Positions 34,808 to 44,190 of a DNA stretch of 49,914 bases are shown here, in pieces. The stretch is taken from the IMG/VR virus record IMGVR_UViG_3300044709_000090, positions 1 through 49,914 of that record. One strand, written 5' to 3'. The notes beneath the pieces are model-generated. The model saw nothing but the letters and a program-made list of their open reading frames with translations. It was not told the DNA's origin and searched no databases. Each line of letters begins with the position of its first letter. The stretch's first letter is position 1. Source of the stretch: a virus. Lineage: Duplodnaviria; Caudoviricetes. Position numbers and translations under genes: made by a program.

Positions 34808-35194
34808 ATGACGTGGCCGAATCTGTTCGAGCTCAGTGACCTGCCGTCGTGGCTGCAGGTGCCTTCGGTTGATACAGAGACGGCCACGAGGGTCAGGCAG
34901 TACGTGAACGGGTGGCTGATGTCGGCCACCCGTCTCACGGCCTGGCCCAACCCGGTCCCGGACGACCTGTTCGCGTGGGCGATCGAGTTGGCCGGGATCG
35001 CGTTCCGCAACCCGTCCGGTGCGACGTCCGAGTCGATCGACGATTACAACGTGAGCTACAACGCCGCGCGGCGTAAGGAAATCCTCGACGCCGCCCGGGC
35101 GGCGTACTCGGGTGCGGCGACCCCGTCGTACTTCTTCCCGGACTGGGATTGGCACTGGGTTGCCACCCCGACGACGAGTTCGCTCACGCAGTGA
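34808..35194 (+). CDS. Head-tail adaptor
   Basis: NPSG.TSESIDDY..Y. Confidence 0.8.
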   Translation: MTWPNLFELSDLPSWLQVPSVDTETATRVRQYVNGWLMSATRLTAWPNPVPDDLFAWAIELAGIAFRNPSGATSESIDDYNVSYNAARRKEILDAARAAYSGAATPSYFFPDWDWHWVATPTTSSLTQ

Positions 35195-35255
35195 CGACGA
35201 CAAGGCCGTCCACGGGCAGTACCGCCAGGCCGAGTACCGGCAGCACCGGTCGTCC

Positions 35256-35546
35256 ATGACCGACGACGAGGTAGCGAAGAAGGTCGCGTACGAGAACCTC
35301 GAGGCGGCAATCCGGGAGGTCCACGATCTCGAGGGTTGGGGCCGGGGGCCGGACGGCGAACCCATGGTGATCACCGACTACGTGGTGCTCACCGCCGCAC
35401 AGGGCTTCGACTCTGACGGCGACGGGTTCTCGGCGGTCGGCTGGATCCTGGCCGGCGGCGACATGCCCTGGTATCGCATCGTCGGGATCGTCCGGGCGGC
35501 CCAACTCCGCATCGAGCACCAACTGATGCGGTCGGAGGAGGACTAG
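35256..35546 (+). CDS. Hypothetical protein
   Basis: ITDYVVL..MPWYRIVG; start uncertain. Confidence 0.6.
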   Translation: MTDDEVAKKVAYENLEAAIREVHDLEGWGRGPDGEPMVITDYVVLTAAQGFDSDGDGFSAVGWILAGGDMPWYRIVGIVRAAQLRIEHQLMRSEED

Positions 35547-35957
35547 GTGGGTCGAGAGAACGTCATGCTCGCCGGCCGGGCGTTCCTCACCACCTCGGGG
35601 GCTCTTGTCGACACATGTCGGATCGAACGTCCGGCGGGTGAGTTCACCAACCCGACCACGGGTGCGGTGACGAAGACATACACGCTGGTGTATCCGGACG
35701 GTCCGTGCCGGGTGCAGGCTGCGGCGGCGAACTGGGCCGGCCCGACCGACGTCGCCGAGGCGGCGCTGCGGTTGGCGTCGTTCGAGTTGCAGCTGCCGGT
35801 GGTGGGCTCCGAAGGTTTGGAAATCAACGACCGGGTGACGATCCTGTCCTGCCTCAACGACGCCGACTTGGTGGGCCGGGTGTTCACCATCACGGGCGTC
35901 TCGCGCAAGTCCCACGCGACGACGCGGAAGCTGCCCCTACTGGAAACGCTCTCCTGA
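35547..35957 (+). CDS. DUF6093 head-tail stopper
   Basis: DTCRI.RP..GPCRVQ..LP..D.V.I..D.DLVGR..SHAT.R. Confidence 0.85.
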   Translation: MGRENVMLAGRAFLTTSGALVDTCRIERPAGEFTNPTTGAVTKTYTLVYPDGPCRVQAAAANWAGPTDVAEAALRLASFELQLPVVGSEGLEINDRVTILSCLNDADLVGRVFTITGVSRKSHATTRKLPLLETLS

Positions 35958-36029
35958 CCTCAACCAAGAACGCCCCGGCAACCGCAGTAACGGCGCCGGG
36001 GCTTTGCCGTCCTCTCTCGAAGGAACGAC

Positions 36030-36368
36030 ATGACGAAGCGTAAGCCTTGTGTGTATTGTGGCGCCCCCTGTGGCCGGGCGGGTGGCTTGTGGCACCGACT
36101 AGAAGCGGGCCAGGGCGGCTGCCTCATCTGGACAGGGAAGATCCTTAAGGGATACGGAACATTCGGCGGCGGCATGGTGCACCGGATGGTTTATGAGTAC
36201 TTGGTCGGTCCAATCCCTGAAGGTCTTCAGCTCGACCACCTATGCCGGGTAAAGCTCTGCGCCAACCCCTACCACCTCGAACCCGTCACGCGACCTCCAC
36301 GGGTCATCGGAGCTGTCGCGCATGTGGGCGACGCACCACGCGCGAGTACCTCGCCCGCAAGAAACTGA
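36030..36368 (+). pseudogene. Degenerate HNH homing endonuclease
   Basis: GCLIWTG..HR..LDHLC..C.NP.HLEPVT but lacks the following EN helix. Confidence 0.65.
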
Positions 36369-36381
36369 AGGCGGTGTCCTG

Positions 36382-36780
36382 ATGGGACTGTCGCAGCGCG
36401 GCATGGACGCATGGCTAGCCGACCTTGAGTCCCTACCCGAGCGGGCGGTGAAGCCGTTCACCCAGGTCCTGAAACGGGCCGGCGGCAACATCAAAGACGA
36501 CTGGGCCGCCCGCTGGCGGACCATGCCCCACGCCCACATCCCGCACCTGACCCAGGTGCAGGCGTTCTCCTACGACACCGACCAAAAGGGATGGACGTTC
36601 AGCGTCGAGGTTGGTGTCCGGGCCGAACGCATCCAAGCGCGACTCGCTTCCTTCATCGAACACGGAACGCTGACCTCTGCGCCTCATCCCGGCGGAATGC
36701 CCGCATTGGAAGCTGAGGCCCCACGTATGGCGGGATGGGCCGCCAAGGTCGCTGAGGACTTGCTTAGCGAACACCGATAG
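36382..36780 (+). CDS. HK97 gp10-like neck protein
   Basis: IEHGT..PH...PALE.E. Confidence 0.75.
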   Translation: MGLSQRGMDAWLADLESLPERAVKPFTQVLKRAGGNIKDDWAARWRTMPHAHIPHLTQVQAFSYDTDQKGWTFSVEVGVRAERIQARLASFIEHGTLTSAPHPGGMPALEAEAPRMAGWAAKVAEDLLSEHR

Positions 36781-36841
36781 GTGGCCCGGCGGGTGAGCGA
36801 ACACCCCCGGGCCGTGGACGACACCGGGAAAGGGTGCCGAT

Positions 36842-37387
36842 ATGGCGAAGGGTATATGCACCGTAGAGGACTGCGACCGCGAGCAGTTGGCGCGCGGTTG
36901 GTGCCGCATGCACTACAGCCGGCAATGGCGGAACGGCGCGGTACCACCTAGACCCACGAACGAAGAACTGTTCTGGGCGAAGGTCGACAAGAACGGTCCG
37001 GTGTCGGCCGGCAGTCAGGAACTCGGGCCTTGCTGGGTCCGACCGTTCTGGCTACAGCCGAATGGGTACGCGTACTGGCAAGTCGGCAGGCGTGTCAAGA
37101 TCATGGCTCACCGCTATGCGTACGAGCTGACGCACGGGGCAATTCCGGCGGGGCTACACATTGACCACCTCTGCAGGAATCGGATGTGCGTCCGGCCAAG
37201 CCACCTGGAAGCTGTAACACCGGCTGAGAACAACCGCCGCGCAGCAGCCGTTCGAGCCCGTCGAACCCACTGTCCGAGCGGCCATGAGTACGCCGGCTAC
37301 AACCTCATCGTGACCGCCAGGAATGAGTTCGTCTGCCGTGTCTGCCTAAACGCGAGAAGGCGACGCAGGAGGGCGGCAGCGGCTTGA
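36842..37387 (+). CDS. HNH homing endonuclease
   Basis: FWAKVDK..CW; AHR; IDHLCRNR.CV.P.HLEAVT.AEN; THCP.GH. Confidence 0.9.
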   Translation: MAKGICTVEDCDREQLARGWCRMHYSRQWRNGAVPPRPTNEELFWAKVDKNGPVSAGSQELGPCWVRPFWLQPNGYAYWQVGRRVKIMAHRYAYELTHGAIPAGLHIDHLCRNRMCVRPSHLEAVTPAENNRRAAAVRARRTHCPSGHEYAGYNLIVTARNEFVCRVCLNARRRRRRAAAA

Positions 37388-37806
37388 CCGACCAACTTGA
37401 TGAACAGCACGCGCAGGTGTTCCTCGCCGCACTCGCGTCCAACCCGAACCTGACCGTCAGCCGGGCCTTCGACGGTGTGGTGCCTAGTCCCACGCCCGAT
37501 CCGCCGTGGGTGCTCACCTACGTCACCGTGTCGTGGCCGCGTGATGGCATCGGTACCGCGCTGACCGCGCAGCAGGTCACCGTCACCGCGACGGCCACCT
37601 GCCACTGCGTCGGGCTCAACGCCGCTGCCGCCCGCGCGGTCGGGATGCAGGTCCGTTCGTCGCTACTCAACCTCAAGCCGGTCATCGCCGGGCGCTCGTG
37701 CACGCCGGTCAAGCAGGACGAGTCGCTGGCACCGGACCGGGACGAGTCCACGGGCCGGCTCGTCATGGATCAAGTGCAGGTCTTTTCCTACACCAGCACC
37801 GGCTGA
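37384..37806 (+). CDS. Tail terminator
   Basis: FDG.VP..PPWV; position. Confidence 0.75.
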   Translation: MTDQLDEQHAQVFLAALASNPNLTVSRAFDGVVPSPTPDPPWVLTYVTVSWPRDGIGTALTAQQVTVTATATCHCVGLNAAAARAVGMQVRSSLLNLKPVIAGRSCTPVKQDESLAPDRDESTGRLVMDQVQVFSYTSTG

Positions 37807-37843
37807 GTCCGGCCCACCACCATCCACATAGGAGGCGCGTCGG

Positions 37844-38191
37844 ATGACGCTGCAGGTTTCCCAGACCGTCGCCGGGCCCGGCAGTGCCGCCCTGACGACG
37901 CCGACCGCGCTCACCCCGGCGGCCACCGACACCATCGCCGCGACCAGCTTCGGGCCCAACGGTCTGCTGATGTTCGTGGTCACCACCGGCACCCTGACCA
38001 ACGTCACCGTGCTCGACCCCAACGTTGACGCGCTCGGCTACGCCGGCACCGTGCCGTCGCTGGCCGGTACGGCCACCGGGCACCGGATGCTGTTCATCCC
38101 GCTGGCGGCGATCAACCCGGCGACGCAGTTGGCGTCGGTGACGTTCTCCGGCGCCCTGACCGGCGTTACCTACTACCTGGTGCGGATCTGA
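37844..38191 (+). CDS. Thr-rich structural protein
   Basis: AGGAGG RBS; beta-rich composition. Confidence 0.7.
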   Translation: MTLQVSQTVAGPGSAALTTPTALTPAATDTIAATSFGPNGLLMFVVTTGTLTNVTVLDPNVDALGYAGTVPSLAGTATGHRMLFIPLAAINPATQLASVTFSGALTGVTYYLVRI

Positions 38192-38193
38192 TC

Positions 38194-38433
38194 ATGGCCC
38201 GCTTCGCCGTGGTCCGGCATCCCGACGTCACCGTTGCCGGCATCTGCCCCGAGGGCGCCTTCGAGTTCCAGCACGCCCACGGCTGGTACCGGGTCTCCGA
38301 ATGGACCGAGACGCCGGGCGACTATGAGCTTGACGACTTCGGTCCGGACCTGCCGGACCTTGACGCACCACCCGAGAAGAAGACCAAGGCCCCGGCCAAG
38401 CCGGCCGAAGATGATGAGGAGCAAGAGGTATGA
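38194..38433 (+). CDS. Hypothetical protein
   Basis: RHP..H..GW; position. Confidence 0.65.
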   Translation: MARFAVVRHPDVTVAGICPEGAFEFQHAHGWYRVSEWTETPGDYELDDFGPDLPDLDAPPEKKTKAPAKPAEDDEEQEV

Positions 38434-38924
38434 GCGTCGTCATCATGGACGGCCGGGTGCGGGTCTACTGGCTGACCGCGTGCGCCAACATCGCATTGCC
38501 GACGGTGGCCGAGCTCAACGCGGGCACGGACCTGACCGGCTACATCACCCCGGACGGGTTGGACATCTCCATGTCCACTGGGAAGGTCAACGTCGGCAAC
38601 GTCGGCAGCACCTACACCACCAACCGGGCCGGACGGCGCGAGCCGGACATCTCCGTGACGTACCACCACGACTCGCCGACAGACACCCCGTGGACGCTGA
38701 TGGTCTACCGGAACACCGGCTTCTTGGCCGTACGTAAGGGCATCGACAAGGCCACGGCATGGACGATCGGCCAGGGCACTGGCGGTTCCACCGGCATCGT
38801 GCAGATGTACCCGGTCGAGATCGGCGACTACAACGACGGGAAGCCGGCCCCGGACACCTCGTGGGACTTCACCGTCCCGCTGATGGTCTACCTCGAGCCC
38901 AACACGCGCGCGGTGGTGGCTTAG
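38430..38924 (+). CDS. Major tail (tube) protein
   Basis: PTVAELNAG.DLT..IT.DG; GFL.VR.G; V..YPV..G. Confidence 0.85.
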   Translation: MSVVIMDGRVRVYWLTACANIALPTVAELNAGTDLTGYITPDGLDISMSTGKVNVGNVGSTYTTNRAGRREPDISVTYHHDSPTDTPWTLMVYRNTGFLAVRKGIDKATAWTIGQGTGGSTGIVQMYPVEIGDYNDGKPAPDTSWDFTVPLMVYLEPNTRAVVA

Positions 38925-38926
38925 GC

Positions 38927-39340
38927 ATGGCGACCAAAACCGTTGTGGGCAAGACGTGTATCCGCTGCGATGGGCCAATCCCATCGCGTGGCCCACACAG
39001 AGACGCGAATGCCAAGTTCTGCAACCACGGGCTGATGCTCGCCGTCCATGGCCAGCAAGCGCCCCAGTACGGCTATGGCCAAGTAGGCGTCGGGGGCCGC
39101 CCGGAAAAGCGCACTATTCCTGCCGGACTGCAGATCGACCACCTCTGCCGCGTCCGCCATGGTGAACGCGGCGAGTCCTTCAGTGCGGTAAATGCCCGCA
39201 AGACCCAATGTCCGCGGGGTCACCCGTACGACGGGCAGAACACATACGGTGCCCGGCTTTGCGTGCGATGCAATAGGGATACCCAGCGGCGGTCCTCGGC
39301 CAGGCGGCGGGCGCGACTGAAGGCGGCGGTGGTCGCATGA
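38927..39340 (+). pseudogene. Degenerate HNH homing endonuclease with in-frame deletions
   Basis: GYG; IP.GLQIDHLC; KT.CP.GH; AHR and CVNP.HL segments absent. Confidence 0.65.
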
Positions 39341-39858
39341 CCGATTTCGACGCGGTCAAGAAACGGGCCACGCTGCCCACGCGGACAGTGCCGCTGCGTC
39401 TGGACGCGGAACTGGTCGACGAGATCGCCCAGTTGGAGGCGCAACTCGCCGATGCCAAACCGCCCACCAACCTCGGTGACGTCTCGCCGAAACGGGTCAT
39501 CGCCGAGCAGATCGCCGAACTGCAGGACCGGATGCGCGAGTCCAAGGTGGACTTCAAACTGCGGGCGTTGCCAAGCCGGACGTGGGACAAGTTCTGGGCC
39601 GCCGCCCCGACCCGCAAGGACGGCGAGAGCGACGACGAGTGGGAGGGCCGCGCCTTCCCGTTCTACGCCGAGATGCTGTCCCGGTCCTGTACCGATCCAA
39701 CGATGAGCGTCGAGCAGGTGACCGAGCTGGTGGACCTGATCCACCACAAGGCGTGGTCGACGCTCGTGTCCGAGTGCATGGCGTTGAACATGCGCGAGGT
39801 CGATATCCCAAACTCCGACGCCGCCTCCGAACTGATCCGGGACTCCGAGCAGACGTAG
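39337..39858 (+). CDS. Tail assembly chaperone (G)
   Basis: Lies between major tail and tape measure genes. Confidence 0.85.
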   Translation: MTDFDAVKKRATLPTRTVPLRLDAELVDEIAQLEAQLADAKPPTNLGDVSPKRVIAEQIAELQDRMRESKVDFKLRALPSRTWDKFWAAAPTRKDGESDDEWEGRAFPFYAEMLSRSCTDPTMSVEQVTELVDLIHHKAWSTLVSECMALNMREVDIPNSDAASELIRDSEQT

Positions 39859-40127
39859 AGGCGGCTACTTCCGTCGGTATCGCCTACAGCCGGTTCCGCC
39901 AGTGGTCCGATGTGGACCGCGGCCTGTTGTTGGCGCTGTTGGCCGAGCGGGCCGATATCTGTTCGCTGTGCGGCCATCCGATGTCGCAGTGCCGGGACCG
40001 GTCCACCGAAGGTTCATGGCAGGTGGACGAGGACATCTGCCAGCCATCGCGCGTGGCGCAGGCAATGGCCGAGAACCTGGCTGAGCAAAAGCGGCGTGGT
40101 GTGGTGCTGCTGACGAAACGGATCTGA
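39807..40127 (+). CDS. Tail assembly chaperone extension (GT) via -1 frameshift at C-CCA-AAC (39807-39813)
   Basis: X-XXY-YYZ slippery heptamer; the -1 frame is open to 40127 and has a CxxCGH..C motif. Confidence 0.8.
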   Translation, partial: PKLRRRLRTDPGLRADVEAATSVGIAYSRFRQWSDVDRGLLLALLAERADICSLCGHPMSQCRDRSTEGSWQVDEDICQPSRVAQAMAENLAEQKRRGVVLLTKRI

Positions 40128-40139
40128 CCGGGAGGTGCC

Positions 40140-42119
40140 GTGCCCGGTCGTCGCATCGCTGTCGGTCTGGATCTCGAAGCCGCTCCCTACATCAACGAGG
40201 CCGGCAAGGTCCTGACGACCACCAAGGCGATGAACGCCGAGATGGGTGCCCTGGACCGCGAGGTCGACAAGGTCGACCGGGACATGGCCGAGCTGGCCGT
40301 GACGACCGAGGCGGCCAAGCGTCAGGTCGACGACCTGGGCGACAAGGCCCGCGGCAGCGCGGCGGACCTGTCGCTGCTGGACGCGCGGATCAAGGCGACC
40401 AAGGCGTCCGTGCGCGAGCTCGGGCTCGAGTTCGCCCGCACCGGCGACAAGGCGCTGTTCAAGGACATCGGCGCCGGTGAGCGCGACCTGCGGCGTATGC
40501 AGAAGATCCTGGCCAACGCCACCGGCCCCGGGGTGACCAACAATTTCGGCGAGCAACTCAGCGGCGCGTTCGGTGGTACGCGGGCAACCGGCCCACTCAT
40601 CGCAATCCTTGTCGGCGCAGCGGCTGCCGCCGCCCCCACCATCGGCGCCATGCTCGGCGGTGCCATCGCCGGTGCTGCGGGGACGGGCGCGATGGCCGCC
40701 GGGATCCTCAGCGCCATCAAGGACCCAAAGGTCCAGGACGCGGCCGGCCGGTTCGGCAAGGACATCTCGGCCGAGTTCTTCGCCTCGGGTGACGCCTTTG
40801 TTGATCCGATCCTCAAGTCGCTGGACATCTTGCAGAAGGGCTTCGGCGACCTGCACCTGGGCGACCAGCTGGCGAAGGTTGCCCCGGACGTCGAGGTCAT
40901 CGCGCAGGGGTTCGCTGACGCCGGCAGGGAGTTCATGGAGGGCTTCGGCCCGGCGCTGGACCGTATGGGTCCGTTGGCCGACATCGCCGGCAAGGGCATC
41001 GCCGACTTCGGCGAGGCGCTCGGCGAGGCGTTGGACAACATCACTGCATCGAAGGGCACCGTCGAAGGTCTCGAGACGCTGCTGTCACTGATCACCGGCA
41101 CGATCCGCGGACTCGGCGTCGGGCTGGGTTGGTTGGGCGACCGTTTCCACGATTTCAACGTCGTCGCGGCGCATGGCCTCGGCGACCTCGAGGATATCTA
41201 CAAGAAGCTGGGGCTGAGCAAGTTCGCGGCCGGCGCGGCCCGACTGAACGACATCTTCGAGCGGATTACCGGCACCGGCGAGAACCTGCACGGCGTGCTC
41301 ACGAAGATCGGCAACCCGAGCACCGACCCGTTCGCGGACTATCTCCATCACTCCTGGGAGGAGATGGCCCGCCTCCACGCCGAGACTGAGGCGACCCGCA
41401 AGGCGATGGTGGACTACTTCGACACCCTTCAGGGTCAGCTGGACGCGAACCTCGCGTGGGAGCAGGCGATCGACGACCTCACCAAGTCGGTGCAGGAGAA
41501 CGGCCGCACGCTGGACATCCACACCGAGAAGGGTCGCAACAACATCCGGGCCGTGGAGGAAGGGCTGACGGCGGCTCGGCGCCAGTACCAGCAGGGGCAG
41601 ATCACTGGCGCCCAGTACGACCAGCAGATCCAGAAGCTCATCGAGATAGGTGTCCAGGCCGGTTTATCGCGCAAGGCGCTCGAGGAATTGGCTAAGCAGT
41701 ACCAGATTGAGATCTTCGTCAAGATGTACGGCGCCGCGATCATGCAGGGAGCGGCCACCTTCCTCACTGGGGCGGTTTCACGTTTATGGGGTTCGGGCAC
41801 GGGCACGACGTCGACGGGCACCGGCCGCCCAGTGGGTGAGCGCGCCGCTGGCGGGTCGGTGATGGCCGGTGTGCCGTACACCATCAACGAGCGCGGCAAC
41901 GAGACGGTGACCTTCCCGGCTTCCGGCACAGTGCATCCCGCGTCGCTGTCACCCGCACAGCCATGGTCGGGTGGGGCGTCAGGCGGTGCACGGTATGTGA
42001 TCGAGAACAACATCACACTGATCGACCCGATGACTGGTCAGAAGACCCGCGGAATGCTCATCACCGACGCGCGCAATCGGGGTAAGCCAGCCGACGTCGT
42101 CGCGGCGGCGTATCCGTGA
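40140..42119 (+). CDS. Tape measure protein
   Basis: Ala/Gly-rich helical; TLDIHTEKGRNN; RAAGG.V..G..Y.I.ERG.E. Confidence 0.9.
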   Translation: MPGRRIAVGLDLEAAPYINEAGKVLTTTKAMNAEMGALDREVDKVDRDMAELAVTTEAAKRQVDDLGDKARGSAADLSLLDARIKATKASVRELGLEFARTGDKALFKDIGAGERDLRRMQKILANATGPGVTNNFGEQLSGAFGGTRATGPLIAILVGAAAAAAPTIGAMLGGAIAGAAGTGAMAAGILSAIKDPKVQDAAGRFGKDISAEFFASGDAFVDPILKSLDILQKGFGDLHLGDQLAKVAPDVEVIAQGFADAGREFMEGFGPALDRMGPLADIAGKGIADFGEALGEALDNITASKGTVEGLETLLSLITGTIRGLGVGLGWLGDRFHDFNVVAAHGLGDLEDIYKKLGLSKFAAGAARLNDIFERITGTGENLHGVLTKIGNPSTDPFADYLHHSWEEMARLHAETEATRKAMVDYFDTLQGQLDANLAWEQAIDDLTKSVQENGRTLDIHTEKGRNNIRAVEEGLTAARRQYQQGQITGAQYDQQIQKLIEIGVQAGLSRKALEELAKQYQIEIFVKMYGAAIMQGAATFLTGAVSRLWGSGTGTTSTGTGRPVGERAAGGSVMAGVPYTINERGNETVTFPASGTVHPASLSPAQPWSGGASGGARYVIENNITLIDPMTGQKTRGMLITDARNRGKPADVVAAAYP

Positions 42120-43495
42120 CGTGGGAAAACCGGATCGTCTTCGAGGTCTCCTCGGCCGAACCGGACGCCGAAGTGCCGGTGTGGGTGGACCTTTCGCTGC
42201 GCATCCTCGACGACCTGCAGGCCGTGCGGTTGCAGATCGGCCGACAGAACGACCTGGACCAGTCCGAGCCGGCCCGCGTGGACCTGCTGCTCAACAACGC
42301 CGACGACGCCTTGACCTTCGGCAACCTGTCCTCGCCCTATGCGGCGTGGTGGGGCCCGGGCCGTAAATGCCGACTGCGCGACACCGTGTCCGGTGCCCGG
42401 CTGACCCTGTTCACCGGCTACATCGAAGTACCGGACGAGGCGGTCATCACCACCGGCATCGAGGCCCGGGTGGCGATCTCGGCCGTGGACCGGCTGGGCC
42501 GACTGGCCGACTCGCCGGTCTTCGTGTCGACGTTGACCGAGCACATCCGCTTCTCGGGTGGCACGGCGCTACGGGCGTACTGGCCGCTCAACGACGCGAG
42601 CGGGGCGACCACGGGCGCCTCACTCGTGGCCGGTGTCGGGCCGCTGTTGCAGGTCGTCAACTACAACGACACGCCGCGCCAGAACCAACTGCAATGGGGG
42701 CAACGCACCGGCCCGATCGGTGACGATGCCACGTACGTCCAGATGAACCCGACCGCGGCCGTCATCGCCGCCGGTACCGGCTTCCCGCGAATCGTGCGCC
42801 GCGACTTCAATGTGCCGCTCAACGCTGGCGAGGTCGTAGCCATCGCGGGCTGGGTCTACATGCCGGTGGGCAGCGTGAGCGCCCAGATCCTCGTCGCGCA
42901 CGCGAACGGTTCCGCCGACCCGACGTTCCAGTTCACCGCCAACGTCGCAACCGGATGGACCCTGCTGGTCTCAACCTCCGCCGGCATCGTCACGCCCACA
43001 CTGCCGGCGGTCAAAACCGACGCCTGGCAGATGTTCGGCGGGCTGCTGAACGTCACGTCGGGGGCCATCACCTTCTTCGTCGGCGACCAGACCACGACAG
43101 CCGCCCTCGGTGGCGCGAGTACCGGCACATTTCAAGAAGTGGCCCTCGACGGTGAGAACGGCTACTCGTTCGGCAGCGTCCAGTTCTACGCCGGCAACCC
43201 CGGATCGCTGACACGGGCTTTCTTCACCGACCAGTACCAGATGGGGCTGCTCGGCCTAGACCGCCAACCCACCGGCGACCGGATCCGCACCATCGCCCGC
43301 TACGCCGGTCTGCCCAATGTCGAGGTCGCCAACACCATCGACACCGGCGCGAGCATCATGCAGCGCGCCGAACTGGCCGGCAAGGACCCGCTCACCGCGA
43401 TGCGCGAGGCCGAGACCACCGAGCAGGGCCTGCTGAGCACCGACGGCGACGGACGCTTGGTCTTCCGCGACAGGCGAAGTTTGTACAACGTCTGA
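42116..43495 (+). CDS. Minor tail/baseplate protein with LamG-like insert
   Basis: GRQNDLD..LNN.D; AYWPLND; TE.G....DGDG.LVFRDR. Confidence 0.8.
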   Translation: MTWENRIVFEVSSAEPDAEVPVWVDLSLRILDDLQAVRLQIGRQNDLDQSEPARVDLLLNNADDALTFGNLSSPYAAWWGPGRKCRLRDTVSGARLTLFTGYIEVPDEAVITTGIEARVAISAVDRLGRLADSPVFVSTLTEHIRFSGGTALRAYWPLNDASGATTGASLVAGVGPLLQVVNYNDTPRQNQLQWGQRTGPIGDDATYVQMNPTAAVIAAGTGFPRIVRRDFNVPLNAGEVVAIAGWVYMPVGSVSAQILVAHANGSADPTFQFTANVATGWTLLVSTSAGIVTPTLPAVKTDAWQMFGGLLNVTSGAITFFVGDQTTTAALGGASTGTFQEVALDGENGYSFGSVQFYAGNPGSLTRAFFTDQYQMGLLGLDRQPTGDRIRTIARYAGLPNVEVANTIDTGASIMQRAELAGKDPLTAMREAETTEQGLLSTDGDGRLVFRDRRSLYNV

Positions 43496-43503
43496 TCGTG
43501 ATC

Positions 43504-43578
43504 CCTTGCCAAGCCCTGCCGTACCTTGCCCAACCGAGCCCGGCCAAGCCACGCCCTGCCTAGCCAAACCGTGCCTGG
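43504..43578. repeat. Degenerate pentanucleotide tandem array (CCNNR)x15
   Basis: CCTTG CCAAG CCCTG CCGTA CCTTG CCCAA CCGAG CCCGG CCAAG CCACG CCCTG CCTAG CCAAA CCGTG CCTGG. Confidence 0.9.
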
Positions 43579-43614
43579 ACCGGCCCATCGTACTGCGCAC
43601 CTAGGAGACGCCCC

Positions 43615-44190
43615 GTGCAGGGATACACCTACGCCGAGTGCCTGAAGGCCATGCAGGTCGCCGGCCCCAACCTGACCGCTTCCACAACGCCAACATCGTT
43701 GCTGGACGCCACCGGCAAGGTGACGCTTAAGCCGGACTTCTTCGACCGTCGAGGCAAGGGCGTACTGATCGAGTTCGCGGGCCAACTCGGCAACATCGCC
43801 ACAACACCGGGCACGCTCACCCTCGACGTCCGCATGGGCCCGACGTCCAACATCATTGTGTTCAACGGTGGCGCGATGCAGCTCAGCAGCACGGTCCACA
43901 CGACGCTGCCGGTCGTCGGGCGAATTCTTCTGACCTGCCGCGCCGTCGGAAACGGCACCACGGCCAACCTGATCGGTCAGGGGACCATCACGTCGCAATG
44001 CTTGTCACTGACTGCGGTCGCGGACTCGGCAACGACGCCGGCGACCCTGCTCATGCCCAACACCGTGCCCACCGTCGGGACCGGCTTCGACTCCACCGTC
44101 GCGATGACCGTCGATCTGTTCGGCACGTTCAGCTTGAACAACGCCAACGCTGTCCAGCTCCACCAGTACTGGCTGTACGAGGTCAACTAG
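43615..44190 (+). CDS. Minor tail/structural beta protein
   Basis: AGGAG RBS; Thr-rich. Confidence 0.7.
   Translation: MQGYTYAECLKAMQVAGPNLTASTTPTSLLDATGKVTLKPDFFDRRGKGVLIEFAGQLGNIATTPGTLTLDVRMGPTSNIIVFNGGAMQLSSTVHTTLPVVGRILLTCRAVGNGTTANLIGQGTITSQCLSLTAVADSATTPATLLMPNTVPTVGTGFDSTVAMTVDLFGTFSLNNANAVQLHQYWLYEVN

Noticed and set aside
43504-43578. CRISPR mini-array or DGR variable repeat
   Set aside because: There is no repeat-spacer structure, and no cas or reverse transcriptase gene was recognised in the window.
43256-43600. Minus-strand ORF with ARQG/WPG repeats as a real protein
   Set aside because: It is a translation of the pentamer array, antisense to the late operon and overlapping a tail gene.
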